Assembly (NCBI GenBank): GCA_947450365.1 | Contig: CANFVE010000001.1 | Location: 26,538-90,537, forward strand | DNA length: 64,000 nucleotides | Direction: 5' to 3' | DNA from: Cytophagaceae bacterium | GTDB taxonomy: Bacteria > Bacteroidota > Bacteroidia > Cytophagales > Spirosomataceae | Part shown: piece after piece, positions 37,018 through 46,544 of the stretch | How the letters are laid out: each line of letters begins with the position of its first letter | How positions within the stretch are numbered: position 1 is the first letter of the stretch | Notes under the pieces: model-generated | Told to the model about the DNA's origin: nothing | Databases searched by the model: none | What the model saw: only the letters and a program-made list of their open reading frames with translations | Translations under genes and position numbers: made by a program

Positions 37018-37959
37018 TTATTTTACTTCAAAACTTCCTGTTCCGATCGCAAAACCCTCTGAATATAATTCAACCGTATATTTTCCTGGCTTGTATGCCA
37101 CACCCCCGCGAGGGTATAAGAAACTAACTTCTTGGTTATCATTTGAATAGGTAACGGTTTGCTTCGCGGTGAAAGGAATTTCTTTTCCGCCTTGGTTGAT
37201 TTTTCCAGAACCATTGGCTTCATCCGCTAAGGTCGCGCCTTCGCCATCCAATACGCGAACGTAAATGATTTTGTTTTCCAATTTGGTGATTGGGTTTGTG
37301 GCCAAATTAAAAGCAATTTTTAATTTATCGATGCGTTTGCCATTCAAACGCGCACGATCTGTTTCTTTTCCTTTGGCATTCACGGCTAGGATGCGGATAT
37401 TTTGGGCTTTTAAGGCAGCAGCAATGCTAACTTTGCGGGCTAATTCTTTGTTCTTCGCCGCTACTTCCGAAAGCGTATCAGCTAGGGTTTTGTTTTGGGT
37501 TTTTAAGCCCGTGTTTTCTGTGTTCAGGCTTTGATTCTGAGTCGTTAACACTTGGTTGTTTTCAGTCAAAATGCCGTTTTGTTTTTTCAATTCAACGATG
37601 TCAGCATCTTTTTGAACCAAAAATCCGTCGTATTCCTTGATTTTTGCCTCATAGGATTCGATGGTGGCGTGGTTTGCTTTTTTCAAGGAAGCTTTGTCTT
37701 GTTCCAATTGAGCTTTTAGGGCCTCTAAATCGGCTACTTGACCGCCTAAGGCTTTGATTTCGGCGATTTTGTTGTCTAATTGGGTCGAAATTGAATCTAA
37801 TTTCGTGCGGGTATTTGCCAATTCCGTCGCTTTTTCCTCGATGGAAACGGCTTGTTCTTTGGTTAATTGATTCGATCTGAAGTACAAAACGCCTAACACA
37901 GCGGTTAAAAGCGCGAGCACAATCAGGGCTACTTTGGAGGTGTTGTTATTGGATTCCAT
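37018..37959 (-). CDS. Membrane-anchored coiled-coil protein with C-terminal beta-sandwich domain
   Basis: one N-terminal TM helix, heptad-rich segment of about 150 aa, C-terminal GKYTVELYSEG. Confidence 0.7.
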   Translation of the reverse strand: MESNNNTSKVALIVLALLTAVLGVLYFRSNQLTKEQAVSIEEKATELANTRTKLDSISTQLDNKIAEIKALGGQVADLEALKAQLEQDKASLKKANHATIESYEAKIKEYDGFLVQKDADIVELKKQNGILTENNQVLTTQNQSLNTENTGLKTQNKTLADTLSEVAAKNKELARKVSIAAALKAQNIRILAVNAKGKETDRARLNGKRIDKLKIAFNLATNPITKLENKIIYVRVLDGEGATLADEANGSGKINQGGKEIPFTAKQTVTYSNDNQEVSFLYPRGGVAYKPGKYTVELYSEGFAIGTGSFEVK

Positions 37960-37991
37960 TATTATTTTTTAAGGGTTTAATTAGTTAGCGG

Positions 37992-37999
37992 CAAAATTA
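37992..37999 (-). promoter_or_regulatory. Bacteroidota -7 element (TAATTTTG)
   Basis: TAnnTTTG-C upstream of ATG 37959. Confidence 0.45.
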
Positions 38000-38067
38000 C
38001 AATAAATTAATGGGAATAGACCTTTTAAAGCACATTTTGGTTAATTTGCGAGACAAAACGAAAAAAT

Positions 38068-39648
38068 ATGCCTACGTATGACTTTATTGTCATCGGTTCT
38101 GGAATTGCAGGATTGTCTTATACGGCTAAAATAGCTACGTATTTTGAGGAGCGCCAACAACCTGTCAAGATCGCAGTCATCACCAAAACGATCGCCGAAG
38201 AAACCAATACCAAATATGCCCAAGGGGGTATCGCCGCGGTATGGGACCAAGAGGATTCATTTGAAAAGCATATTCAAGATACCTTGGTCGCAGGGGATTT
38301 TTTAAGCGATCCGGCCGTGGTGGACATCGTGGTGCGAGAGGCGCCGGAACGATTAAAGGAACTTATTTCGTATGGAACGGATTTTGATCGTCGGGCCGAC
38401 GGAAGCTTTGATCTCGTCAAAGAAGGTGGGCATTCCGATAAACGTATCTTGCATTACAAAGATTCTACCGGGAATGAAATTGAGCGGGCCTTATTAGCCA
38501 AAGTTAAGTCTTTCACCTCCGTCGATTTTTTCACCCATTATTTTGCGGTGGATTTGATTACCCAACATCATCTGGGCGAAAAAGTCACCAAAGACACCCC
38601 CGATAAGAAGTGTTTTGGCGTATATGTGTTGAATTTAAAAACCCAAAAAGTAGAGACTTTTTTGGGAAAAACGACTTTATTAGCCACCGGCGGAATCGGC
38701 CAGGTGTATCAGTCGACCACCAATCCGAAAATCGCCACCGGCGATGGAATTGCCATGGCTTATCGGGCCAAAGGCTTTGTGCAAGGCATGGAATTCATCC
38801 AATTTCATCCCACAGCTTTATATAATCCAGGCAAAAAGCCCAGTTTCTTAATTTCCGAAGCTGTTCGCGGTCATGGGGGTATTTTGAAAAATCAAGATGG
38901 ATCCACCTTCATGGAAAAGTATGATGCGCGCTTGTCCTTGGCCCCACGGGATATTGTGGCCCGGGCGATTGACTCAGAAATGAAAAGACAAGGAACGGAT
39001 CATGTGTTTTTAGATACGCGGCATTTAGCCAAAGAGGAAATTTTGCAACATTTTCCGATGATTTATGCCCATTGCTTGAAGGAACTGGGCATTGATATGT
39101 CGGAGGAAATGATTCCCGTAGTACCCGCCCAGCATTATTTATGTGGGGGAATTATCGTGGATGAATTTAGTCGGACAAATATCCATCATTTATATGCCGC
39201 CGGTGAATGTTCTCATACAGGTTTACATGGAGCGAATCGTTTGGCCTCGAATAGTTTATTGGAAGCCATTGTGTACGCACATCGGGCCTTTGAGAAATCA
39301 GTGGAGGAATTTGGGACGCAGGTGATGCCGGCGAACATCCCGGATTGGAATGACGATGGCACCCGAAATCCAGAGGAATTGGTTTTGGTGACGGAAATGG
39401 CAAAGGAATTGGAATCGATAATGTCGAATTACGTGGGAATTGTTCGGACGGACCGTCGACTCAAACGCGCCTATGACCGTTTGGAATTAATCTATATCGA
39501 GCACGAAGAATTATACAAACAATCTAAAATCACCGTACCGCTTTGTGAACTACGAAACATGATCAATGTCGCGTATTTAATCATTAAGCACGCCCGCGCC
39601 CAACGAGAAAACAAGGGATTACATTATAATCTAGATTTGATTTCGTAG
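38068..39648 (+). CDS. nadB: L-aspartate oxidase
   Basis: GSGIAGL, YAQGGIAAV, EGGHS, QFHPT, SEAVRG, GLHGANRLASNSLLE. Confidence 0.96.
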   Translation: MPTYDFIVIGSGIAGLSYTAKIATYFEERQQPVKIAVITKTIAEETNTKYAQGGIAAVWDQEDSFEKHIQDTLVAGDFLSDPAVVDIVVREAPERLKELISYGTDFDRRADGSFDLVKEGGHSDKRILHYKDSTGNEIERALLAKVKSFTSVDFFTHYFAVDLITQHHLGEKVTKDTPDKKCFGVYVLNLKTQKVETFLGKTTLLATGGIGQVYQSTTNPKIATGDGIAMAYRAKGFVQGMEFIQFHPTALYNPGKKPSFLISEAVRGHGGILKNQDGSTFMEKYDARLSLAPRDIVARAIDSEMKRQGTDHVFLDTRHLAKEEILQHFPMIYAHCLKELGIDMSEEMIPVVPAQHYLCGGIIVDEFSRTNIHHLYAAGECSHTGLHGANRLASNSLLEAIVYAHRAFEKSVEEFGTQVMPANIPDWNDDGTRNPEELVLVTEMAKELESIMSNYVGIVRTDRRLKRAYDRLELIYIEHEELYKQSKITVPLCELRNMINVAYLIIKHARAQRENKGLHYNLDLIS

Positions 39649-40257
39649 GTAGGTTACCACCACATCCAAACCCTTTTCAAAGTGATGGTTATTCGGAATC
39701 ACGATGTCGCAACTCCGTTTATGTGGCCGAATGAATTCCTCGTAGGTGGGTTTTACGTGGTATTTCCAGCGGTACATCACGTCTTGTAAATCATATCCGC
39801 GTTCTTCATTGTCGCGTTTGATGCGGCGCTTTAATTTGATTTTATCCTGCGCGTCGATGAAAATTTTCAAATCCAATAAGTTGGCTACCTCCGGAAAATG
39901 AAAGACAAAAATTCCTTCCACGACCAATATTTTTCGAGGATGGAAATGCAACATGGCCGGTACTTTTTCGGAATTATTAAAGGTATATTCCTCACGGGAA
40001 ACGATTTCGCCCCCACGCAATTTTTGAATATCGGCGGCAAAGGCCGCGTCATCGATGGCCCCGGGTAGGTCGAAATTCTCGATGCCGTTGTGGTCTTTGG
40101 TTTGTTGGTCTTTTGGGCGGTAATAATTGTCCTGCGACAATAGGCAAATGTCATCTTGGGCAAATTGCTCCATGAGCCGACTTAAAAACAAGGTTTTTCC
40201 TGAGGCGCTGCCGCCGGTAATGCCAATGATGAAGGGACGCTCAATGCTAGAAGACAT
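39631..40257 (-). CDS. udk: Uridine kinase
   Basis: GITGGSASGKT P-loop, QDNYY, NFDLP, VEGIF, RRIKRD..ERG. Confidence 0.9.
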   Translation of the reverse strand: MSSSIERPFIIGITGGSASGKTLFLSRLMEQFAQDDICLLSQDNYYRPKDQQTKDHNGIENFDLPGAIDDAAFAADIQKLRGGEIVSREEYTFNNSEKVPAMLHFHPRKILVVEGIFVFHFPEVANLLDLKIFIDAQDKIKLKRRIKRDNEERGYDLQDVMYRWKYHVKPTYEEFIRPHKRSCDIVIPNNHHFEKGLDVVVTYLRNQI

Positions 40258-40293
40258 GTCAATCAATTAAGCTACAAAGGTGCTAAATGGCTT

Positions 40294-40896
40294 TCATTTT
40301 TCAAATCGGAAATAGCTCGCTTTTTCGTCTTTTTTCGTTTTTGCTTGGAATTGAAAGCCATATTTTCCCATCAGGTCAATTAATTCTTGTTCGAAAAACA
40401 GCACATTCCCACATTCCGCATGGACCTGATGGGGCATGCTTGCTATTTCCTCCTCGATGAAAATTTGGCCTCCTGGTTTACAGATCCTATACATTTCCTG
40501 AACCGCTTTTTCCCGCGGCTCAAATTCATGAAAACTATTAAAGAGAAAAATGACATCGGCTTCCTGATCAGGCAGACTAGTTTTTTCGGCGGATTCTAAG
40601 CGAAATTCGATGCTGGTGGCCAGCGGTTTATTGAATACTTTTTCAAAATACACCAAGGTTTCTTGTACGTCATATTCGTTTAAAACAGCCGGATTAGGGT
40701 CGATGAGGTGAAGGTGTTGGGCGGGTTTTTGGTGCATGAGTTGGACCTCCCACCAGCCCGCGCCGCAGCCGAATGAGACCACCGTAGCACCTGAATTCCA
40801 ATCGATAAGTTCGAGTAAATCCTTCATATCTTGGCAAATTATGGATAATTCAGGAAGGGTGCTATATTTGGGGCTATTAATCAGATGATATGGCAA
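40294..40896 (-). CDS. Class I SAM-dependent methyltransferase
   Basis: SFGCGAG, NSFHEF, RICKPGG. Confidence 0.78.
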   Translation of the reverse strand: MPYHLINSPKYSTLPELSIICQDMKDLLELIDWNSGATVVSFGCGAGWWEVQLMHQKPAQHLHLIDPNPAVLNEYDVQETLVYFEKVFNKPLATSIEFRLESAEKTSLPDQEADVIFLFNSFHEFEPREKAVQEMYRICKPGGQIFIEEEIASMPHQVHAECGNVLFFEQELIDLMGKYGFQFQAKTKKDEKASYFRFEK

Positions 40897-41375
40897 ATTT
40901 TATAGCTCCGACGGCCTCCGTGATGGGACGTGTGTTTATCGGAAAAGATGTTTCGATTTGGTATGGGGCTGTGATTCGAGCGGATGTGGAGGAGATTCAT
41001 TTAGGGGATGCGTGCAACATTCAGGATAATGCCGTTTTGCATGCGGATGAAGGAGATAAAACGATCATTGGTCCTCGGGTGACGGTCGGTCATTCGGCGA
41101 TAGTCCATGGGGCAGAGGTAGGAGAGGGCTCCTTGATCGGGATGCATGCGACGGTGTTAAATCGGGCCAAAATAGGTAAATTTTGTTTGATTGGCGCACA
41201 TGCCTTGGTTACTGAAGGAATGCAGATTCCGGATTATTCATTGGTGTTGGGGATGCCTGCGAAGGTGGTAAAAATGCTTTCGGCGGAACAGATTGAGCGC
41301 TTGAAACACGGGTCCGAACATTATGTGGAAATGGGAGCTCGTCATTTGGCGGGAGAATTTCCATTAATTCATTAA
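40890..41375 (+). CDS. Gamma carbonic anhydrase family (YrdA-like hexapeptide repeat) protein
   Basis: IWYGAVIRAD, NIQDNAVLH, TVGHSAIVHG. Confidence 0.92.
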   Translation: MANFIAPTASVMGRVFIGKDVSIWYGAVIRADVEEIHLGDACNIQDNAVLHADEGDKTIIGPRVTVGHSAIVHGAEVGEGSLIGMHATVLNRAKIGKFCLIGAHALVTEGMQIPDYSLVLGMPAKVVKMLSAEQIERLKHGSEHYVEMGARHLAGEFPLIH

Positions 41376-41376
41376 G

Positions 41377-41829
41377 ATGCTACAACTCATACTCATACGC
41401 CACGCGGATGCGGGGCCCTATACCTTGCCGGATGAGGCGAGGCCGGTGTCGAAAAAAGGTTTTCAGGAATTGGACATTTTGCGGGATTATTTGCTTCAAA
41501 AAAAATCTCCCAAAGGCCTTTGGTTAGTTTCAGGGGCAGTTCGAACGCGGGAAACGGCGGAATATTTGTTGGAAAAAATAGATCCGATTCAGGTGCACAG
41601 CGACATTGAATGGTACCACACGTCGGGTCAGGTATATTTGGAAAAAATCAGGGAACAGGTTGAACCTGTTTTATATATGGTGGCGCATAACCCGAGTATT
41701 TCTTATGTCGCAAGTCATTTTTTAGGCGAAAGCATTCACATGGATACCGCTTCTTCCGTACATTTGTGCTGGCCGAATGCCGACGCGTGGAACGAGGTCA
41801 TAGCAGGTTCAGCGTCTTTAATGCCTTAG
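41377..41829 (+). CDS. sixA: Histidine phosphatase, SixA-like
   Basis: LILIRHADA, SGAVRTRETA, AHNPSIS. Confidence 0.8.
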   Translation: MLQLILIRHADAGPYTLPDEARPVSKKGFQELDILRDYLLQKKSPKGLWLVSGAVRTRETAEYLLEKIDPIQVHSDIEWYHTSGQVYLEKIREQVEPVLYMVAHNPSISYVASHFLGESIHMDTASSVHLCWPNADAWNEVIAGSASLMP

Positions 41830-41839
41830 CATGTTTGTT

Positions 41840-41968
41840 ATGAACAAAAACCGAATGATTTTTCGTTGGATTCTGATCCTTTTTACGGTGCTCATGGTGC
41901 TCTTAGCCATCGACATGGCGCGAAATACCACTGCGCCTTGGAATAAGAAAAAACATCAAGTAAAATAA
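41840..41968 (+). CDS. Small single-pass membrane protein (42 aa), absent from the ORF track
   Basis: MNKNRMIFRWILILFTVLMVLLAIDMARNTTAPWNKKKHQVK; fills the gap between sixA and the convergent gene; alternative ATG at 41831. Confidence 0.7.
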   Translation: MNKNRMIFRWILILFTVLMVLLAIDMARNTTAPWNKKKHQVK

Positions 41969-41971
41969 ATC

Positions 41972-42493
41972 CTATAGGACGGATTCGATATGCTTCAAAT
42001 GATGTGTGCAATGCCAGGCATAAATCCCTAAGACACGGTCTAATCGATAGGTAATTCCCCGCTCCGGGTGAAAATACGTTTTTGCCCAATCCGATTCTTG
42101 CATCGTTTTCATCAAATACACCCAGCGAAGGTGCACGTATTTGACACCTTCCACCGACCACTCTAAGGGCGCTTCGTCACCATCCGGCATATGCGCCCAA
42201 TCGTTTTCAGAATAAGGTTTAATGCTCGGATTTTCCTCCGTTAAGGCCATTTTGAAACGGATGTAACTATTCATGTGGCTGTCAAACATGTGGTGAACGA
42301 CTTGGCGGGCGGACCAACTACCCGGCCGATAGGCCTTCGACATATACTCTTTCGAAGCTCCTGAAACCAAATCAGCCAATTCCGCCGGAAAACGCTCAAT
42401 CGTTTCGATCCAAGTGGCGCGTAATTCAGGACTAATGACGTCCGGGGCGGAAAATTTTCCGATGGGGTATTGGAGGGGATTTAATGCTTCCAT
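41972..42493 (-). CDS. yfiT: YfiT/BstA-family bacillithiol transferase (DinB superfamily)
   Basis: LQYPIG, YRPGSWSARQVVHHMFDSH, AWHCTHHLKHI. Confidence 0.88.
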   Translation of the reverse strand: MEALNPLQYPIGKFSAPDVISPELRATWIETIERFPAELADLVSGASKEYMSKAYRPGSWSARQVVHHMFDSHMNSYIRFKMALTEENPSIKPYSENDWAHMPDGDEAPLEWSVEGVKYVHLRWVYLMKTMQESDWAKTYFHPERGITYRLDRVLGIYAWHCTHHLKHIESVL

Positions 42494-44203
42494 TTAAACG
42501 ATGGTATAAAATGCCGTAATATCTTTAGCTGCCTGACGCGTATGTGCGATGAGCGGATGAATCCCGCTATGAAGGGAGTCCAATAATTCTTTGAAACTGT
42601 CTTTTGTCAAATGGGCCACATGCAGTGGTACGGCTACTTCGCCTTCTTCCACCTCCATGGGCGTGCAAACGCGATAAGCAATGTTTCCCTGAGATGCCAA
42701 TTCGATGAGTTTTGCCTTCGTATCTTGGAAGGATTGTTCAAATGCCTCGGGTGTTTCGCCGCTGATTTCTAACACGATGGGTTCTTGATTTGCTTTTTCG
42801 GCTAAGGTCGATTTAATCGCCTGATCTAACTGAGCTAAAAGATTTCGGAATGCGTGGTAATTTTTGCCTGCTTTCATGCGTTCACGAATGGATTGACGGA
42901 TGAAATAGGTAATTGAATCCGTAACATTTAGGCCGATTTCCGCGGTTTGTTTGAAAATCAAGGAGCTCGGTGACATGCCCGGAATGGTGTTCGGGTCATG
43001 TAAAACCACCACCCCTTCTGGCGTTAAAAATCCATCAATGCGTGTACAAACACCAAAACCTAAATCATCAAAGGCTTGTTTGACTTGTGCTTGAATTTGT
43101 TGGAGATGCGCCAAACTCGCGTCCATCGGGATGCGTTTCCGGGTAGCTTTGGATTTGTATTTGGCATTAAAATCGAAGACTTCGACGGACTCGTCGATGA
43201 CAATTTCAGTTGGTGGCAACGCGACAGAATCGCCTTTGGGGGTTTGAATCACGCCGCAACTAAACTCTGCCCCATTCACAAATGCCTCCAATAATATTTC
43301 ATCCTCCGAGTGAATCGAATGAATGCTGGCTTTGGTGACACTTTGTTTGAAATAAGCTTGTAAAGCAGGTAATAGGTCGGCGGGATGGGCGTATAATTCT
43401 TGTTGGAATACAACTGGAAACCCAATTCCTTCGTCTAGATTGGCCATTTTTTGCAACAAATCGACTTGATCAGATTCGCTGTAGGTCGACCACGTTTGAC
43501 GATATATTTCACTAATAAAAAGACATTTTTTGATCGCCTGGTCAAAGTCCTCAATGGAATCTTTTTTCACAAAGGCGAGGCCGATGGAGGATCCTTGGTG
43601 GGGTGCTTTGGCGACAAATGGAATGCCGATTTCCTTTTTGATTTGTTCAAAAAGCGTTTCGCGGCCATATTTTTCGTAGTCATCGCGCTTGAGGACAAAG
43701 AATTTTTTGTCGAGGCCGACGCTTTTTTTCAACCACTCGTTTTGTTTCGATTTATCAATTCCGATCGCCGAACCAAGGACGCCTGGTCCTGAGTACGGAA
43801 TTCCGTACCATTCCATGAGGCCTTGGATGCTTCCATCTTCGGCGCCAGGTCCATGCATGGCGATGAAGGCGAAATCAATGTATTCTTTGAATTGTTCCGG
43901 TCTGATTCGCGTACCTATTTCCTGAAGGATCGCCTCATATTCGGAAGGGCTTAGGGAAGCTAGGGATTCGATATAAACGGAAAATGGGGCTGTTTGGTAG
44001 GATGCGGGTGGGAAAAATTCCCGGATGGATTCTTTGAAAATTAATTCGGGATGGATTCGGATGAAATTTCCTAGGCTATCGACAAAAATGGGGATAGGGC
44101 TGAATAAGGCTTTGTTGATATGAGCCATGGCCGTTTTTCCGCCGGCGAAACTGATTTCGCGTTCACGTGCTGGACCGCCAAAAAATATTCCTATTCGCAT
44201 CAT
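42494..44203 (-). CDS. ddl: D-alanine--D-alanine ligase family protein (extended, ~569 aa)
   Basis: RIGIFFGGPAREREIS, MHGPGAEDGSIQG, QGSSIG, FDFNAKY, PNTIPGM; ATGA overlap with the upstream NifU-like gene. Confidence 0.88.
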   Translation of the reverse strand: MMRIGIFFGGPAREREISFAGGKTAMAHINKALFSPIPIFVDSLGNFIRIHPELIFKESIREFFPPASYQTAPFSVYIESLASLSPSEYEAILQEIGTRIRPEQFKEYIDFAFIAMHGPGAEDGSIQGLMEWYGIPYSGPGVLGSAIGIDKSKQNEWLKKSVGLDKKFFVLKRDDYEKYGRETLFEQIKKEIGIPFVAKAPHQGSSIGLAFVKKDSIEDFDQAIKKCLFISEIYRQTWSTYSESDQVDLLQKMANLDEGIGFPVVFQQELYAHPADLLPALQAYFKQSVTKASIHSIHSEDEILLEAFVNGAEFSCGVIQTPKGDSVALPPTEIVIDESVEVFDFNAKYKSKATRKRIPMDASLAHLQQIQAQVKQAFDDLGFGVCTRIDGFLTPEGVVVLHDPNTIPGMSPSSLIFKQTAEIGLNVTDSITYFIRQSIRERMKAGKNYHAFRNLLAQLDQAIKSTLAEKANQEPIVLEISGETPEAFEQSFQDTKAKLIELASQGNIAYRVCTPMEVEEGEVAVPLHVAHLTKDSFKELLDSLHSGIHPLIAHTRQAAKDITAFYTIV

Positions 44204-44442
44204 ACTTTTATTTCTTCTACGGACATGATTTCGGGAACTTCTCTTCGGATGGCTTCTTCGACGCCGGCCCGAAAGGTCATGTCGGACATATTGCAAGATT
44301 TACAATTACCTACTAAGGCCAAACGCAAGGTATTCTCAGGTGTAATTTCCACGATTTCCACATTGCCGCCGTCGGCCACTAAATAGGGACGAATGGAGTC
44401 AAGGGCATGTTGGACTTTCGAAAAGAGTGGGTGGTTTTCCAT
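44200..44442 (-). CDS. NifU/NfuA C-terminal domain protein
   Basis: IRPYLVADGGNVEI, LVGNCKSC CxxC motif. Confidence 0.9.
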   Translation of the reverse strand: MENHPLFSKVQHALDSIRPYLVADGGNVEIVEITPENTLRLALVGNCKSCNMSDMTFRAGVEEAIRREVPEIMSVEEIKV

Positions 44443-44446
44443 GGAA

Positions 44447-45526
44447 TTAAGCGAGTGATTTGGCATTGGTGATTGCAATTTGTTGGGCTAAATTTTCCGC
44501 GATGTGCATGAATGCTTCGGCACTTGGGCCGGCGTCTGCTGCGATCGGTTTTCCTTCGTCGCCTGCTTCTCGAATCGCCTGAATTAATGGCACTTCGCCT
44601 AAAAATGGCACTTTGTATTTTTCGGCCAAACTTTTTCCTCCGTCTTTGCCGAACAAATAATATTTATTGTCTGGTAATTCAGCCGGGGTGAAGTAGGACA
44701 TGTTTTCAACAAGCCCTAAAAGAGGCACATTGATTCCGGATTGATTGAAAAATTGTAAACCTTTGGTTGCGTCAGATAATGCTACTTTTTGAGGAGTAGT
44801 GACGATGACCGCACCGGTTAATTTAATTAGTTGGACTAACGTTAAATGGATATCCGAAGTTCCCGGAGGTAAATCGATGAGTAAATAATCCAATTCGCCC
44901 CAATTTGTATCTCCAAAAAACTGGCGTAAGGCTTGCGTCATCATCGGTCCTCGCCAAGGCACAGGACTTTCGGATGGAGCTAAAAAGCCCATGGAAATCA
45001 TTTTGATGCCATATTGCATAATCGGTTGGATTCGATTTTTGCCGTCGATTTCTTCGACTAATGGTTGTAAATCCTCTGCCCCAAACATCACGGGGATGGA
45101 AGGGCCGGAGATGTCAGCATCTAAAATACCTACTTTGGCGCCTGATTTTTTAAGGGCCATGGCCAGGTTAGCCGTCACGGTGGATTTTCCCACCCCGCCT
45201 TTTCCGGAGGCAACGGCAATCACATTTTTTACTCCAGGAATGAGTGGTTCGGAACTACGTAAACCAGTTACTTCGGCAGTCATTTGAATCGTGATTTTTA
45301 CATCTGGATGCACCAACTTGTGAATTGCATCCTCACAATCTTGCCTGATTTTTTCTTTTAATGGACAGGCAGGTGTTGTTAAAACGACCGTAAATCGCAC
45401 TTCGCCGATCCCTAATTCCACATCTTTAATCATCCCTAAGGTGACTAAATCCTTTTTTAAATCCGGCTCTTGAACGGTACTTAATGCACCTATGATCAGT
45501 TCTTTACTTATGCTTAATTCGCCCAT
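44447..45526 (-). CDS. mrp: Mrp/NBP35 (ApbC) Fe-S cluster carrier ATPase
   Basis: DUF59 N-terminus (LTTPACPLK), SGKGGVGKST, DLPPGTSD, GLVENMS. Confidence 0.95.
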   Translation of the reverse strand: MGELSISKELIIGALSTVQEPDLKKDLVTLGMIKDVELGIGEVRFTVVLTTPACPLKEKIRQDCEDAIHKLVHPDVKITIQMTAEVTGLRSSEPLIPGVKNVIAVASGKGGVGKSTVTANLAMALKKSGAKVGILDADISGPSIPVMFGAEDLQPLVEEIDGKNRIQPIMQYGIKMISMGFLAPSESPVPWRGPMMTQALRQFFGDTNWGELDYLLIDLPPGTSDIHLTLVQLIKLTGAVIVTTPQKVALSDATKGLQFFNQSGINVPLLGLVENMSYFTPAELPDNKYYLFGKDGGKSLAEKYKVPFLGEVPLIQAIREAGDEGKPIAADAGPSAEAFMHIAENLAQQIAITNAKSLA

Positions 45527-45573
45527 GTCTTAAATTTCTCCATTCAAACCTCAAATATACGGTTTTTTGATGT

Positions 45574-46542
45574 TTATATAGAATCTTGTTTGGCATTAAT
45601 TTTGGCTTGCCATGACGACAAATCAATCCCCTCAAATTGCTTTGTTAGTTTCGAAAATGCAGTTTGTATGCTTGCATGATGTAATTTGATTTTTGTCGGA
45701 TGGGGGCGGTGATCCAGCATGTGCGCAAGACTTTGCCAGGCCGAATCCAGTTCCGTTAATTCGGTGGAAAAATAGCTTTCTTTCGTTTTTTGATAGATAT
45801 AATCCTGTGCCTGTTTCGATGGGTGGATTAAATCGCTTTCGTAAAATCGATAATCGCGTAATTCGTCCAACATGATTTCGTAGGCCGGAAAATATCCCAC
45901 ATGCGCATATTTTTTACATAGGGAATCGGCCAATACGCGCAACAAGGATTTCGATAAGGCATTTTCAGGTATACCTTCTTTGGTATGACGGACCGGCGAA
46001 ACGGTCAAAATCACACGAATACCAGGATTTTCATGCTTGATTTTATCGAGCGCCTGCTCCATGGCTTGACTCATCTCATCCAAGCTCGACAGGCTCTTCG
46101 TAAACCTAGAAGAAGCTTGTTTATGACAATTACCTATGGATTTATTTAGATGTTTGTCGAAATGCTGAAACGAAGTTCCAAATGTGAGAATAAGCCAGTC
46201 AGCTTGTTGGAGAAAAATTCGGCATGATTCCTGTGTTTTTCGGATTTCATCGCAAAGGAGATCGGGGGAGGAATGGGTAAATCGAGAGGAGAAATCGGGG
46301 TGATTGAAAAAACCTTGATGTTCGTAGCAGTCGGTGGGAATGGGTGGGGTAAAATTGAGCAGTCGGGCGAGGGTGCAGGGATGAAAAATGGTGCCGAGCG
46401 GTTGATTTAGTACCTGGATGGGCAGGTTTTCCAGGCGGGTTCCCAAGTTTTCAGCGAAACAAGAGCCCATGCTGATCACCCGACTTGTATGGGTGATTTT
46501 GTCGGGTGATGCAGGAATGGGGAAAGAGGTATGAAGGAGCAT
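45574..46542 (-). CDS. GSCFA domain protein (SGNH-like)
   Basis: MGSCFAENL, TVSPVRH, YFPAYEIMLDELRDYRFY..DLIHPS. Confidence 0.9.
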   Translation of the reverse strand: MLLHTSFPIPASPDKITHTSRVISMGSCFAENLGTRLENLPIQVLNQPLGTIFHPCTLARLLNFTPPIPTDCYEHQGFFNHPDFSSRFTHSSPDLLCDEIRKTQESCRIFLQQADWLILTFGTSFQHFDKHLNKSIGNCHKQASSRFTKSLSSLDEMSQAMEQALDKIKHENPGIRVILTVSPVRHTKEGIPENALSKSLLRVLADSLCKKYAHVGYFPAYEIMLDELRDYRFYESDLIHPSKQAQDYIYQKTKESYFSTELTELDSAWQSLAHMLDHRPHPTKIKLHHASIQTAFSKLTKQFEGIDLSSWQAKINAKQDSI

Positions 46543-46544
46543 GA

